Translations under genes and position numbers: made by a program
The notes under the pieces: generated by a model
Database searches by the model: none
Told to the model about the DNA's origin: nothing
What the model saw: only the letters and a program-made list of their open reading frames with translations
Shown here: positions 41,792-51,512 of the stretch, one piece after another
How the letters are laid out: the number at the start of each line of letters is the position of its first letter
Position numbering within the stretch: position 1 is the stretch's first letter
Assembly (NCBI GenBank): GCA_017961365.1
Contig: JAGCXI010000057.1
Coordinates: 1 to 61,569, forward strand
Direction of reading: 5' to 3'
Source: Clostridia bacterium
GTDB taxonomy: Bacteria; Bacillota; Clostridia; Christensenellales; CAG-1252
Length of the DNA stretch: 61,569 bases

Positions 41792-41867
41792 AGCCCAAAT
41801 ATACAAAAAGAAAACAGCGCTTTTGCAAGCCGACGGATTTGTTTGCAAAAGAAGAAAGGAGAGAAAA

Positions 41868-43121
41868 ATGATCGATTTATCCACAGTCAGAAAGCAAGAT
41901 GAAGCAGTCTTCGGGGCGATGGAGCGCGAGCTCAAAAGGCAGAGAGAAAATATCGAGCTCATTGCAAGCGAGAATATCGTCACGCCCGCGGTCATGGCGG
42001 CCATGGGAAGTCATTTGACGAATAAATACGCCGAAGGATATCCCGGGAAAAGATATTACGGCGGGTGTCAGTTCGTGGACGAGGTGGAGACCCTTGCCAT
42101 CGAACGCGTCAAAGCGCTTTTCGGCGCAAATTACGCAAACGTCCAGCCGCATAGCGGTGCGAATGCGAATCTTGCCGTGTATTTTGCGCTTTTGGACGTC
42201 GGAGACACGATCTTGGGCATGAATCTCGCGCACGGTGGGCATTTGACGCACGGTAGCCCCGTGAATATGTCGGGAAAAAATTATAAGATCGTCCCTTACG
42301 GCGTTAAAAAAAAGGATGGAAGGATCGATTATGAGGAAGTTCGCAGATTGGCAAAGGAATGTAAGCCTCGCCTTATCGTTGCGGGTGCTTCCGCTTATCC
42401 GAGAGCGATCGACTTCAAAGCTTTCCGTGAGATCGCGGACGAAGTGGGCGCCTATCTTATGGTGGATATGGCGCATATTGCGGGGCTTGTCGCGGCGGGT
42501 GAGCACGCGAATCCTCTCGAATATGCCGACGTCGTCACGACGACCACTCATAAGACCCTTCGCGGACCGCGCGGCGGCGTGATCCTTACGAACAGCGAAG
42601 AACTCGCCAAGAAGATCGATAAAGCGATTTTCCCGGGCACGCAGGGCGGACCTCTTATGCATGTCATCGCGGCGAAGGCAGTGGCGTTCGGAGAGGCGCT
42701 TACTCCCGAGTTCAAAGCTTATCAGCATCAAATCGTTTTGAATGCAAAGGCGATGAGCGAGCGATTTATCGAAAACGGCGTGAATCTCGTATCGGGCGGA
42801 ACGGATAATCACCTTATGCTCCTTGATCTTACGAGCAATCACATCACGGGCAAGGAGCTGGAGCATCTTCTCGACGAAGCGCATATCACCGTCAATAAAA
42901 ACGCCATTCCTTTCGACACCGAGAAGCCCTTCGTTACAAGCGGCGTCAGGATCGGTACCCCCGCCATTACGGCGCGCGGAATGAAAGAAAAGCAGGCGAT
43001 TTACATAGCGGATCTCATCACGGATATCGTGAAACATCGTGAAGAGGCGCTTGACAGAGTGCGCGAAGCGGTGATCGAGCTTTGCAGAGAGTTTCCGCTT
43101 TATGAGAACGATATTCTCTGA
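41868..43121 (+). CDS. glyA: Serine hydroxymethyltransferase
   Basis: [19 protein letters not shown]-lysine region [14 protein letters not shown]. The ATG at 41868 follows the AAGGAGAG RBS; the track start at 41823 was rejected. Confidence 0.95.
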   Translation: MIDLSTVRKQDEAVFGAMERELKRQRENIELIASENIVTPAVMAAMGSHLTNKYAEGYPGKRYYGGCQFVDEVETLAIERVKALFGANYANVQPHSGANANLAVYFALLDVGDTILGMNLAHGGHLTHGSPVNMSGKNYKIVPYGVKKKDGRIDYEEVRRLAKECKPRLIVAGASAYPRAIDFKAFREIADEVGAYLMVDMAHIAGLVAAGEHANPLEYADVVTTTTHKTLRGPRGGVILTNSEELAKKIDKAIFPGTQGGPLMHVIAAKAVAFGEALTPEFKAYQHQIVLNAKAMSERFIENGVNLVSGGTDNHLMLLDLTSNHITGKELEHLLDEAHITVNKNAIPFDTEKPFVTSGVRIGTPAITARGMKEKQAIYIADLITDIVKHREEALDRVREAVIELCREFPLYENDIL

Positions 43122-43130
43122 GAGGTATTT

Positions 43131-44315
43131 GTGGAAAAGGGAGAGAATCGCGTGTATTTGGATTACGCTGCGACGACCCCGCTCGACGAAGCGGTGCTCG
43201 ACGCGATGATGCCGTATTTCCGAGAAGATTTCGGGAATGCGAGCAGTCAGCATGCCTTCGGGCGCAGAGCGGTCGCGGCGGTGGATGAGGCGCGTGAAAA
43301 AACTGCGAAAGTCCTCGGCGCGCGCAGCAACGAGATCTATTTCACGTCCGGTGGGACGGAATCGGATAATTGGGCGATCCGCGGCGTGGCGAAAGCGATG
43401 CGAGGGAAGGGGAAACATATCATTTCCACAGCGGTGGAACATCATGCCGTGCTCCATACCCTTCGCGACCTTGAAGCGGAAGGATATGAAGTCACGTATC
43501 TCCCTGTAGACGATTGCGGAAGGGTGTCCGTAGAGGATGCCGTAGCGGCGATGAGAGAAGATACGATCCTTCTCTCCGTGATGCTCGCAAATAACGAGAT
43601 CGGAACGATCGAGCCCGTAGGAGAGATCGCTCGCGCGGCAAAAGAACGGGGGATCCTCGTGCATACAGACGCCGTTCAAGCAGTGGGCTTGCTCCCTCTT
43701 GCCATTGATGATCTTTGCGTGGATCTTATGTCACTTTCCGCGCATAAATTCTATGGTCCCAAGGGCGTGGGCGCATTGTACGTTCGCAAAGGGACGAAAC
43801 TCGGGAAGATCTTGACGGGCGGCGCGCAGGAAAGAACGATGCGCGGCGGCACGTATAATACGGCGGGGATCGTCGGGCTCGGAAAGGCGATCGAGCTTGC
43901 GGAGGCGCGGCGGACGGAGGAGGTGAAGCGTCTCACCGCTTTGCGGGATCATTTCGTCTCACGCGTGCTCTCCGAGATCGAATTCGCAAAGCTGAACGGC
44001 GGAAAGGATCGCTTGGCGAATAATGCGAACATCGCTTTCCGTTATATCGAAGGCGCAGACCTTGTTTCCGCCCTTGATCGGGCGGGGATCGCCGCTTCGG
44101 CAGGGAGCGCCTGCGCGTCGGGGACGTTGGAGCCGTCGCACGTTTTGCAAGCGATCGGCGTCTCGTCGGAATACGGCGCCGTTCGTTTTTCCCTCGGAAA
44201 GTATACGACGAAGGAAGATGTCGACCACGCGGCGGATATTCTGTTTCGCGAAACGGAGCGCCTGAGAAAAACGGATCTTTTTGCTCGTCGTTCCGCTGAG
44301 AAAGTCACGGTATAA
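43131..44315 (+). CDS. Cysteine desulfurase (NifS/IscS-like)
   Basis: YLDYAATTP, PLP lysine SAHKFYGPKG, catalytic Cys SAGSACASG. The start is ambiguous: GTG at 43131 or GTG at 43152, which has a better GGGAGAG RBS. Confidence 0.85.
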   Translation: MEKGENRVYLDYAATTPLDEAVLDAMMPYFREDFGNASSQHAFGRRAVAAVDEAREKTAKVLGARSNEIYFTSGGTESDNWAIRGVAKAMRGKGKHIISTAVEHHAVLHTLRDLEAEGYEVTYLPVDDCGRVSVEDAVAAMREDTILLSVMLANNEIGTIEPVGEIARAAKERGILVHTDAVQAVGLLPLAIDDLCVDLMSLSAHKFYGPKGVGALYVRKGTKLGKILTGGAQERTMRGGTYNTAGIVGLGKAIELAEARRTEEVKRLTALRDHFVSRVLSEIEFAKLNGGKDRLANNANIAFRYIEGADLVSALDRAGIAASAGSACASGTLEPSHVLQAIGVSSEYGAVRFSLGKYTTKEDVDHAADILFRETERLRKTDLFARRSAEKVTV

Positions 44316-44320
44316 AGAAT

Positions 44321-46525
44321 ATGATCGATTTTACGGTATTGAATGATGCGCAGGAAAAAGCGGTTCGAGCCACCGAAGGCGCGGTGCTCGTTTTGGCGGG
44401 TGCCGGAAGCGGCAAGACGCGAGTCTTGACTTACCGTATCGCTTATTTGATCGGAGAGAAGGGCGTCTCTCCTTATAATATCCTTGCGATCACCTTTACG
44501 AATAAAGCCACCAATGAGATGAAAGAACGTTTGGAGAAGATGCTTGGAGAAGGCTCCGGCGTGTGGGTCTCCACCTTCCATTCTCTTTGCGCGCGCATTC
44601 TTCGTTACGATGCGGACAAGCTCGGATATAATAAGAATTACACCATTTACAGCGAAGTGGACAGCGAGCGCGTCGTGAAGCGCATCATCGCAAATAAACA
44701 CATCGAGATCAATGGCTTTGCGGATAAGGTCCTTTATCATATCGGGAATGCGAAAATGCTTGTGCTTTCTCCTGAGGAGTATCGCAAAGAATGCGGCGAT
44801 TTCCACGCGGCTTTGATCTGTGACGTATATGAGGCCTATGAGGAAGAGCTGCGCGCAGCGAATGCGATGGACTACGACGATCTCATGATGAAGACTTATC
44901 AGCTCTTCAATGAGTGTCCCGAAGTACTGGATAAATACGCGCAAAGATTCCGTTACATACATATCGACGAATATCAAGATACGAGCCGTTTGCAATACAA
45001 GTTGGCGGCGATGCTCGCAAGTAAACATGGGAATCTTTTCGCGGTCGGCGATGAGGATCAGAGCATATACGGCTGGCGCGGCGCGGACATCTCGAATATC
45101 CTTGATTTTCAAAAAGATTTCCCGGAGGCTACGATCATTAAGCTCGAGCAGAATTATCGCAGCACGCCGAACATCCTGAATGCGGCGAACGCTCTGATTG
45201 CGAATAATAAAGGCCGCTTTGATAAAAAATTATGGACGAGCAGCGAAAACGGAATGCGCGTCGAGATTTATAACGCGCAGGACGATCGAGATGAAGCGGA
45301 TTACGTCATCGGGCAGATCTCGAGTCTCGTTCGTTGCGGGCTTGTTTCTCCGAAAGAATGCGCAGTGCTTGTCAGATTAAATTCCCTCACGAGGAAGTTC
45401 GAAGAGAAATTTCGTCTTTATAACATTCCCTATAAAGTCTACGGAGGCTTTAAGTTCTTTGAGAGAAAAGAGATCAAAGACGTGCTCGCCTATTATCGCG
45501 CCATTGTGAATCCGCGGGACAACGACGCTTTTCTCCGCATCATCAATACGCCGAAGCGCGGGATAGGGGATAGCGTGACGGAGGAACTGATCTACATCGC
45601 GACGGCAAACGGGCTGAACGTCTCGGACGTGCTTTTCGGCGATATGATTGCGCTCGGGATGTCGGAAAGAAACGCAAAGAAACTGAATTCTTTCCGCGAA
45701 CTTTATCATAAGATGCTTTCGAATTACGGCGTGCTTCCCTTGGATGAATTCGCGGAGTTCGTCGTGGAAGAAGCGGGCTTTTATATCGCTTTTGCGGGAG
45801 AGAAGGAGGAAGATCTCAGTCGCAGAGAGAATGTCGGGCAGCTCTTGACCGACATCAAAGAATTTGCGAAGCTGAATCGTGACGCGGGCTTGGACGATTA
45901 TCTGCAGTCGGTCTCGTTGCTTTCGGAAAGTGACGATATCCAGACCGATGAATATGTCACGCTTTCCACCGTCCATTCCGTAAAAGGGCTTGAATTCGAC
46001 GCCGTTTTCGTCGTCGGCTTGGAAGAGAATGTATTCCCTTCGCAGTCCCTTAATAAGAGTGCGCGTGAGATCGAGGAAGAACGGCGCGTTATGTATGTCG
46101 CGATGACTCGCGCAAGGAAGCGTCTTTATCTCACGTCGGCGAAAGAACGCTTTATGTACGGTGGTATGCAGCGTAATTTACGTAGTCGTTTTGTGAATGA
46201 GGTGGAAGAGAAGATCTATCCGGAGCGAAAGAGAGTTTCCCCCGCGCCGTCACACTTTGTTTCGGGCGGTTATGCGCCGAAAAGTCAAGCGCCGCAGCGC
46301 GCCATCGGTGATGTCGGCGCCTATGTGCGCTCCATCAACGGAACGGCGGCAGTGAAGAGCGAAAGCACCGCGTCCTCTTCTTTCAGGCTGGGGGATAAAG
46401 TCTCTCACCCGAGATACGGGATCGGGAGGATCATACAAATCAACGGAGATAACGCCAATATTGCTTTTGATGGGTTGGGGATCAAACAGTTCAATATGAA
46501 GATCGCCCCCTTGAAAAAGGCGTAA
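44321..46525 (+). CDS. pcrA: ATP-dependent DNA helicase PcrA (UvrD family)
   Basis: AGAGSGKTRVLT, IHIDEYQDT, TVHSVKGLEFD, and a C-terminal Tudor-like tail GDKVSHPRYGIGRI. Confidence 0.9.
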   Translation: MIDFTVLNDAQEKAVRATEGAVLVLAGAGSGKTRVLTYRIAYLIGEKGVSPYNILAITFTNKATNEMKERLEKMLGEGSGVWVSTFHSLCARILRYDADKLGYNKNYTIYSEVDSERVVKRIIANKHIEINGFADKVLYHIGNAKMLVLSPEEYRKECGDFHAALICDVYEAYEEELRAANAMDYDDLMMKTYQLFNECPEVLDKYAQRFRYIHIDEYQDTSRLQYKLAAMLASKHGNLFAVGDEDQSIYGWRGADISNILDFQKDFPEATIIKLEQNYRSTPNILNAANALIANNKGRFDKKLWTSSENGMRVEIYNAQDDRDEADYVIGQISSLVRCGLVSPKECAVLVRLNSLTRKFEEKFRLYNIPYKVYGGFKFFERKEIKDVLAYYRAIVNPRDNDAFLRIINTPKRGIGDSVTEELIYIATANGLNVSDVLFGDMIALGMSERNAKKLNSFRELYHKMLSNYGVLPLDEFAEFVVEEAGFYIAFAGEKEEDLSRRENVGQLLTDIKEFAKLNRDAGLDDYLQSVSLLSESDDIQTDEYVTLSTVHSVKGLEFDAVFVVGLEENVFPSQSLNKSAREIEEERRVMYVAMTRARKRLYLTSAKERFMYGGMQRNLRSRFVNEVEEKIYPERKRVSPAPSHFVSGGYAPKSQAPQRAIGDVGAYVRSINGTAAVKSESTASSSFRLGDKVSHPRYGIGRIIQINGDNANIAFDGLGIKQFNMKIAPLKKA

Positions 46526-46538
46526 GAGAGGTGAGTCT

Positions 46539-48482
46539 ATGGGCAGAATGGAAGAGCTGGTCGCGCTTTTGAATAAATACGCGAAAGAATATTATGAGCT
46601 TGACGATCCGACAGTCTCGGACGCGGAGTATGACGCGCTCTATGACGAGCTCGTTATGCTTGAAAATTTCAGCGGGATCGTCCTTCCCGATTCTCCCACA
46701 AAACGCGTTGGCGGAAAGACGAATACGGGCTTTAAACAGGTTACTCATAAAGAGCGTTTGTATAGCTTGGATAAGTCCAAGACCGTCGAAGGTGTGGAAG
46801 AATGGCTGTGCAAGATCAATAAGAGCGCAGATGCCCTCGTTCCCGTCACGCTCGAATATAAGTATGACGGTCTCACATTGAATATTTCCTATGAGGACGG
46901 CGTGCTTGTTCGCGCTTGCACGCGCGGCGACGGCGTCGTCGGCGAGGATGTCACGGAACAGGTGAAGACGATAAAAAATGTCCCTTGGAAGATTCCTTTC
47001 AAGGGAGAAATCGACGTACAAGGCGAAGGCCTGATGCCGCTTTCTTCCCTTGAAAAGTATAACGAAACGGCAAAAGTTCCCCTTAAAAACGCAAGAAACG
47101 GCGTGGCGGGCGCGATCCGAAATCTCGACGTTGAAGAGACGAAGAGGAGAGGTCTTTCTTTCTTTGCGTATAACGTCGGATATCATTCCGGGATCAAATT
47201 TTCTTATCAGCACGAAGTGCATTCTTTCTTGAAAGAGCAGGGATTTAATGTCGGCGAGTATTTCGAGCTTGTCGAGGACTACGATCTCGTCCCGAAACTG
47301 CTTGCGGAAGCGGAGACAAGGCGCCCGACTTTGGACTATTTGATCGACGGCATGGTCTTTAAAGCAGATAGCTTCGCTTTGCGTGAAATGCTCGGATCTA
47401 CCGAGAAATTTCCGCGTTGGGCTCTCGCTTATAAGTTTAAAGCGGAGGAGGTCTCCACCGAGGTGAAAGGCGTTCTCTGGCAGGTCTCGCGAACGGGGAA
47501 ATTAAATCCTCTCGCGCTTCTTGATCCCGTGGATATCGGCGGCGTGACGGTTTCCCGCGCGACCCTCTCCAATATGAGCGAGATCAAAAGAAAAGGGATA
47601 AGGATCGGAGACAGGGTCTTTGTCAGACGCTCGGGAGACGTGATCCCCGAGATCATGGGTGTAGCGTCGAGAGGTGAGGACGCTCACGAAGTGGAGAAAC
47701 CGACGATCTGTCCAGTCTGCGGTAGCCCCGTGATCGAGAAAGGTTACTTTTTGTATTGCTCGAACGAAGAGAACTGCGCCCCGCGTATTATTTCGCAACT
47801 CGAGCATTTTTGCGCGAAAGACGGAATGGATATCGACGGCTTGTCCGAGAAAACCATAGAACAATTTTACAATGAATTCGGTCTGCGCAGAGCAGATGAG
47901 CTTTATAAGCTCAAAAAGGGAGATCTTCTGTCTTTGGAAGGTTTCAAAGAGAAGAAAGCGGAAAATATCATCGGGAGCATCGAAAAGAGCAAGACGACGA
48001 CGCTTGCGCGCTTCCTGACGGCGCTCGGAGTGCCGGGCGTGGGAAAAAAGGCGGCGAAGCTGCTCGAACAGACTTTCGTCACGTTGGATCGTGTGATGAA
48101 CGCTACGGCGGAGGAATTGATCTCGATCGAAGATTTCGGGCTCATCACCGCGTCGCAAATCGTTGATTTCTTCCGCTCGGAAGAGAATCGAGCGCTCATC
48201 GAAGGGTTACTTGCGCAAGGGATCACTTTCTTGGAAGAAGAGAAGACGGAAGGTGTCTTTTCCGGGAAAACGGTGGTCATCACGGGCGTTTTGGAGCGTT
48301 ATAAGCGTTCCGCGGCGCAAGAAGAAGTCAAAAAGCGCGGCGGAAACGTGGCGGACAGCGTGAGCAAAAACGTGAATTTGGTGATCGTCGGGTCGGATGC
48401 GGGAAGCAAACTCGAGAAAGCGAAAAAGCTCGGGATCGAGATCATAGACGAGGCGGGATTCTTGCGTATGCTCGAAGAATAA
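46539..48482 (+). CDS. ligA: NAD-dependent DNA ligase
   Basis: Adenylation lysine LEYKYDGLT, Cys4 zinc finger CPVCGSPV...C, HhH repeats, C-terminal BRCT. Confidence 0.95.
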   Translation: MGRMEELVALLNKYAKEYYELDDPTVSDAEYDALYDELVMLENFSGIVLPDSPTKRVGGKTNTGFKQVTHKERLYSLDKSKTVEGVEEWLCKINKSADALVPVTLEYKYDGLTLNISYEDGVLVRACTRGDGVVGEDVTEQVKTIKNVPWKIPFKGEIDVQGEGLMPLSSLEKYNETAKVPLKNARNGVAGAIRNLDVEETKRRGLSFFAYNVGYHSGIKFSYQHEVHSFLKEQGFNVGEYFELVEDYDLVPKLLAEAETRRPTLDYLIDGMVFKADSFALREMLGSTEKFPRWALAYKFKAEEVSTEVKGVLWQVSRTGKLNPLALLDPVDIGGVTVSRATLSNMSEIKRKGIRIGDRVFVRRSGDVIPEIMGVASRGEDAHEVEKPTICPVCGSPVIEKGYFLYCSNEENCAPRIISQLEHFCAKDGMDIDGLSEKTIEQFYNEFGLRRADELYKLKKGDLLSLEGFKEKKAENIIGSIEKSKTTTLARFLTALGVPGVGKKAAKLLEQTFVTLDRVMNATAEELISIEDFGLITASQIVDFFRSEENRALIEGLLAQGITFLEEEKTEGVFSGKTVVITGVLERYKRSAAQEEVKKRGGNVADSVSKNVNLVIVGSDAGSKLEKAKKLGIEIIDEAGFLRMLEE

Positions 48483-48542
48483 GCCTCTTTCGTGATAAAA
48501 TTCTCTCTTTGAGAGAAAAAATCGGAGAAACTTCTCGGAAAT

Positions 48543-48579
48543 AAGCGGTTATCTTTCGTAATCGCTTGTTTTTATTTTT
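48543..48579 (+). terminator. Rho-independent terminator after ligA
   Basis: AAGCGGTTA-tctttcg-TAATCGCTT (one G-U pair), then gTTTTTaTTTTT. Confidence 0.7.
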
Positions 48580-48595
48580 GCGGATATGGTATAGT
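48566..48595 (+). promoter_or_regulatory. Extended -10 promoter for yicC-gmk-rpoZ...
   Basis: TTGTTT, 18-nt spacer, TGgTATAGT. Confidence 0.5.
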
Positions 48596-48647
48596 ATTAT
48601 AAAATAGTGATATAGCGATGCGCGGCGCGCGTCGTACGGAGGACGTT

Positions 48648-49520
48648 ATGTTCAGTATGACAGGTTACGGAAGAGGAGAAGCGGAGATAAACGGTCGCTC
48701 TCTTGTCGTGGAATTAAAAAGTGTGAATCACCGTTTTCTCGATCTGTCCGTGAAATTACCGCGCAGTCTCGTCTTTGCCGAGGATCTTTTGAAAAAGACG
48801 GTGGCGGCTCGTATCGCGAGAGGTCATGTCGACGTGTTTACGACCTATTCCGCTCCGAAAGATCAAGCGAATCTCGCTTTGAATGAAGCGGTCGCCGAGA
48901 GTTATCTTACGATGAGCAAGGCGCTCAATGCGCGTTTCGGCGTTGAGGACGATTACACGACTTCCTCTTTGCTGCGCGTCCCCGGCGTCGTGGACGAGAA
49001 GGCGGTCTCTGTGCCGGAAGAGGAGATCGCGCTCCTTGTAAAGACGGCGACGGAAAGAGCCCTCGACGCGCTTGTCAAGATGCGCGAGACGGAAGGGAGG
49101 ATCATTACGCAGGACATTCTTTCCAAGCTTTCGGAGATCGAAAGGCTCACGGGCCTTATCGAGGCGCGCGCTCCTTTCGTAACGGAAGAATATAAAACAA
49201 GGCTGAAGCAGACGATGGAGAATGTGCTCTCCGGCGCGGATTACGATGAAACGAGGCTTTTGACGGAAGTGGCGCTTTTTGCGGATAAATGTGCGATCGA
49301 CGAGGAACTCGCCAGATTGCATGCGCATATCGAGCATTACAGAAAGATCCTCGAGTCGGAGCCGTCAGCAGGAAGAAAGCTTGACTTTCTCACGCAGGAG
49401 CTTAATCGCGAAGCGAATACCATCGGGAGCAAGGCGAATGACGCCAAGATCGCAGAGTGCGTCGTGCTTTTGAAATGCGAGATCGAAAAAGTGCGCGAGC
49501 AAATACAGAATTTGGAGTAG
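48648..49520 (+). CDS. yicC: YicC/YloC-family stress-induced protein
   Basis: MFSMTGYGRGE..., SVNHRFLD, C-terminal DUF1732-like KANDAKIAECVVLLKCEIEKVREQIQN. GGAGGA RBS before the ATG at 48648. Confidence 0.8.
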   Translation: MFSMTGYGRGEAEINGRSLVVELKSVNHRFLDLSVKLPRSLVFAEDLLKKTVAARIARGHVDVFTTYSAPKDQANLALNEAVAESYLTMSKALNARFGVEDDYTTSSLLRVPGVVDEKAVSVPEEEIALLVKTATERALDALVKMRETEGRIITQDILSKLSEIERLTGLIEARAPFVTEEYKTRLKQTMENVLSGADYDETRLLTEVALFADKCAIDEELARLHAHIEHYRKILESEPSAGRKLDFLTQELNREANTIGSKANDAKIAECVVLLKCEIEKVREQIQNLE

Positions 49521-49523
49521 ACG

Positions 49524-50132
49524 ATGAAAACGGGAAAAGTATTTGTGATCTCAGGACCTTCCGGCGTAGGGAAGGGGACGATATGTAACGTATTGATGCG
49601 CGAACATCCGGAGCTTGCCGCGACGACGGTTTCGGTGACGACCCGCGCGCCTCGCCCGGGCGAGAAAGACGGCGTGCATTATTATTTCCGTTCCGATCGT
49701 GAGTTTGACGAGATGCTCGAAAAGGGAATGTTCTTGGAGACCGTCGATAAGTTTACGCATCGTTACGGGACTTTGTATTCGGAAGTGGAGCGCGTCTTGC
49801 AGACCGGGAAAAACGTCATCCTCGAGATCGAGATGGTGGGCGGACACGCCGTAAAAAAACGCATTCCGGAAAGCGTTCTCATCTTTATTCTCCCGCCGTC
49901 TTTGGAGGATCTGACAAGCCGTATCGTCGGACGCGGAAGCGAGACGGAAGAACAGATCGCCGTTCGTCAAGCGCAAGTGGAGGAAGAATTCGATCAGTCC
50001 GCCGGGTATGAGTATTTCGTCGTGAATGACGATCTCGCGGAGGCTGTGGAGAAGATAAGAAGCATTATCATCGCCGAAGGTTTGAAAGGAAACGGCGAAG
50101 AAATAAAAGAAAACTATTTTGGGAGGAAATAA
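49524..50132 (+). CDS. gmk: Guanylate kinase
   Basis: ISGPSGVGKGT, TTRAPRPGEKDGVHYYF. Confidence 0.9.
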   Translation: MKTGKVFVISGPSGVGKGTICNVLMREHPELAATTVSVTTRAPRPGEKDGVHYYFRSDREFDEMLEKGMFLETVDKFTHRYGTLYSEVERVLQTGKNVILEIEMVGGHAVKKRIPESVLIFILPPSLEDLTSRIVGRGSETEEQIAVRQAQVEEEFDQSAGYEYFVVNDDLAEAVEKIRSIIIAEGLKGNGEEIKENYFGRK

Positions 50133-50136
50133 CACT

Positions 50137-50331
50137 ATGATGATCGATCCACCTATTGATAAGCTCATTAAAAAGACGGATTGCCGCTATATGCTCGTAT
50201 GCGGCGTGGCGAAGCGCGCGAGACAGCTTTTGCAACAAGAAAACGATATGCTTGTCGCGACGAAGCAGAAGCCCATTTCCGTTGCGGCGAAAGAGATCTA
50301 CGAAGGGAAAATCGTGATCGTAAAAGAATAA
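50137..50331 (+). CDS. rpoZ: DNA-directed RNA polymerase subunit omega
   Basis: MMIDPPIDKLIKKTDCRYMLVCGVAKRARQL; conserved position between gmk and coaBC. Confidence 0.8.
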   Translation: MMIDPPIDKLIKKTDCRYMLVCGVAKRARQLLQQENDMLVATKQKPISVAAKEIYEGKIVIVKE

Positions 50332-50333
50332 GA

Positions 50334-51512
50334 ATGAAGAAAAAGGTCTTGGTCGGCGTTACGGGCGGCATCGCCGCCTATAAGTCTGCGTACTTGGTCA
50401 GCGCGCTTATGAAGATCGGTTGCGACGTGCACGTGCTTATGACAGAGCATGCAAAGGCGTTCGTGACTCCTCTTACTTTTGAGTCGCTTTCCAAGAATCC
50501 CGTGATCACGAATATGTTCGTCAGAGATCGAGAATGGGAAGTGGAGCATGTCTCTCTTGCCAAAAGCTCGGAGCTCGTGATCGTTGCGCCCGCAACGGCG
50601 AATTTCATCGGAAAGATCGCGAATGGGATCTGCGACGATATGTTGACGACGACGTACCTTGCCTCCAAAGCGCCGAAGATCATTTGCCCCGCGATGAATA
50701 CGCAGATGTATGAGGACGAGGTCTTTCAGCGCAATCTGGCTTCCGTGAAAGAAAGCGGAGCCATCATCCTTTCCCCGGTTTCGGGCAGACTCGCTTGCGG
50801 CGATATCGGCGTCGGGAAGATGATCGAGCCGGACGATATCGTGGAGAAAGTGAAAGAGATCTTCGCTTTGTCCCTTGATTTTGCGGGGAAGAAAGCGCTC
50901 GTTACCGCAGGCGCCACGGTGGAGGATATCGACGGCGTGCGGTATTTATCCAATCACAGCAGTGGGAAAATGGGCGTCGCGGTCGCGGAACGTTTCGCGG
51001 ATCGAGGCGCGGAGGTCACCCTCGTATGCGGAAAGATGTCCGTCAGTCCTTCCGATAATGTGTCGAAGGTGGTGAATGTAAGCTCCACGGAAGATATGTA
51101 CGAAGCGGTGTTGGCAAATCTTGACGGAGCGGATTATGTCGTGATGGCGGCGGCGCCCGCGGATTATACGCCCGTAAAGAAATTCGAGAATAAAGTGAAG
51201 TCCCCCGAGCTTACGCTTGCTTTGAAAAAGACGAGGGATATCGCTTTGGCTGTGGGGAAGAAAAAAGACAAAGCAAAGCTCGCCATCTTCAGCGCGGAGA
51301 CGGAAAACCTTTTGGAGAATGCGAAGGAGAAGCTTCGCAAAAAGAATGCGGATCTCGTCGTGGCAAATGACGTGACGAAGGAAGGCGCAGGCTTTCATTG
51401 CGATACGAATATCGTGACGATCATTGATAAGGAAGGGCGGACGGAAGCGCTCGAAGTTCTGCCGAAGATCGAAGTCGCGGACAAGATCCTCGACGCTTTA
51501 TTGAGATTATGA
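50334..51512 (+). CDS. coaBC: Bifunctional phosphopantothenoylcysteine decarboxylase / phosphopantothenate--cysteine ligase
   Basis: MKKKVLVGVTGGIAAYKS, PAMNTQMY, RYLSNHSSGKMG. The track start at 50181 lies inside rpoZ. Confidence 0.9.
   Translation: MKKKVLVGVTGGIAAYKSAYLVSALMKIGCDVHVLMTEHAKAFVTPLTFESLSKNPVITNMFVRDREWEVEHVSLAKSSELVIVAPATANFIGKIANGICDDMLTTTYLASKAPKIICPAMNTQMYEDEVFQRNLASVKESGAIILSPVSGRLACGDIGVGKMIEPDDIVEKVKEIFALSLDFAGKKALVTAGATVEDIDGVRYLSNHSSGKMGVAVAERFADRGAEVTLVCGKMSVSPSDNVSKVVNVSSTEDMYEAVLANLDGADYVVMAAAPADYTPVKKFENKVKSPELTLALKKTRDIALAVGKKKDKAKLAIFSAETENLLENAKEKLRKKNADLVVANDVTKEGAGFHCDTNIVTIIDKEGRTEALEVLPKIEVADKILDALLRL

Noticed and set aside
41877-41885. Perfect DnaA box TTATCCACA
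   Set aside because: It is a single isolated 9-mer inside the first codons of glyA. About one such hit is expected by chance in 2 x 61 kb. There is no cluster, AT-rich unwinding element or dnaA/dnaN nearby.
41877-43679. 600-aa minus-strand ORF spanning glyA and the cysteine desulfurase gene
   Set aside because: Mirror frame of two + strand genes that share a frame (41868 and 43131 are both 0 mod 3). No independent coding signal.
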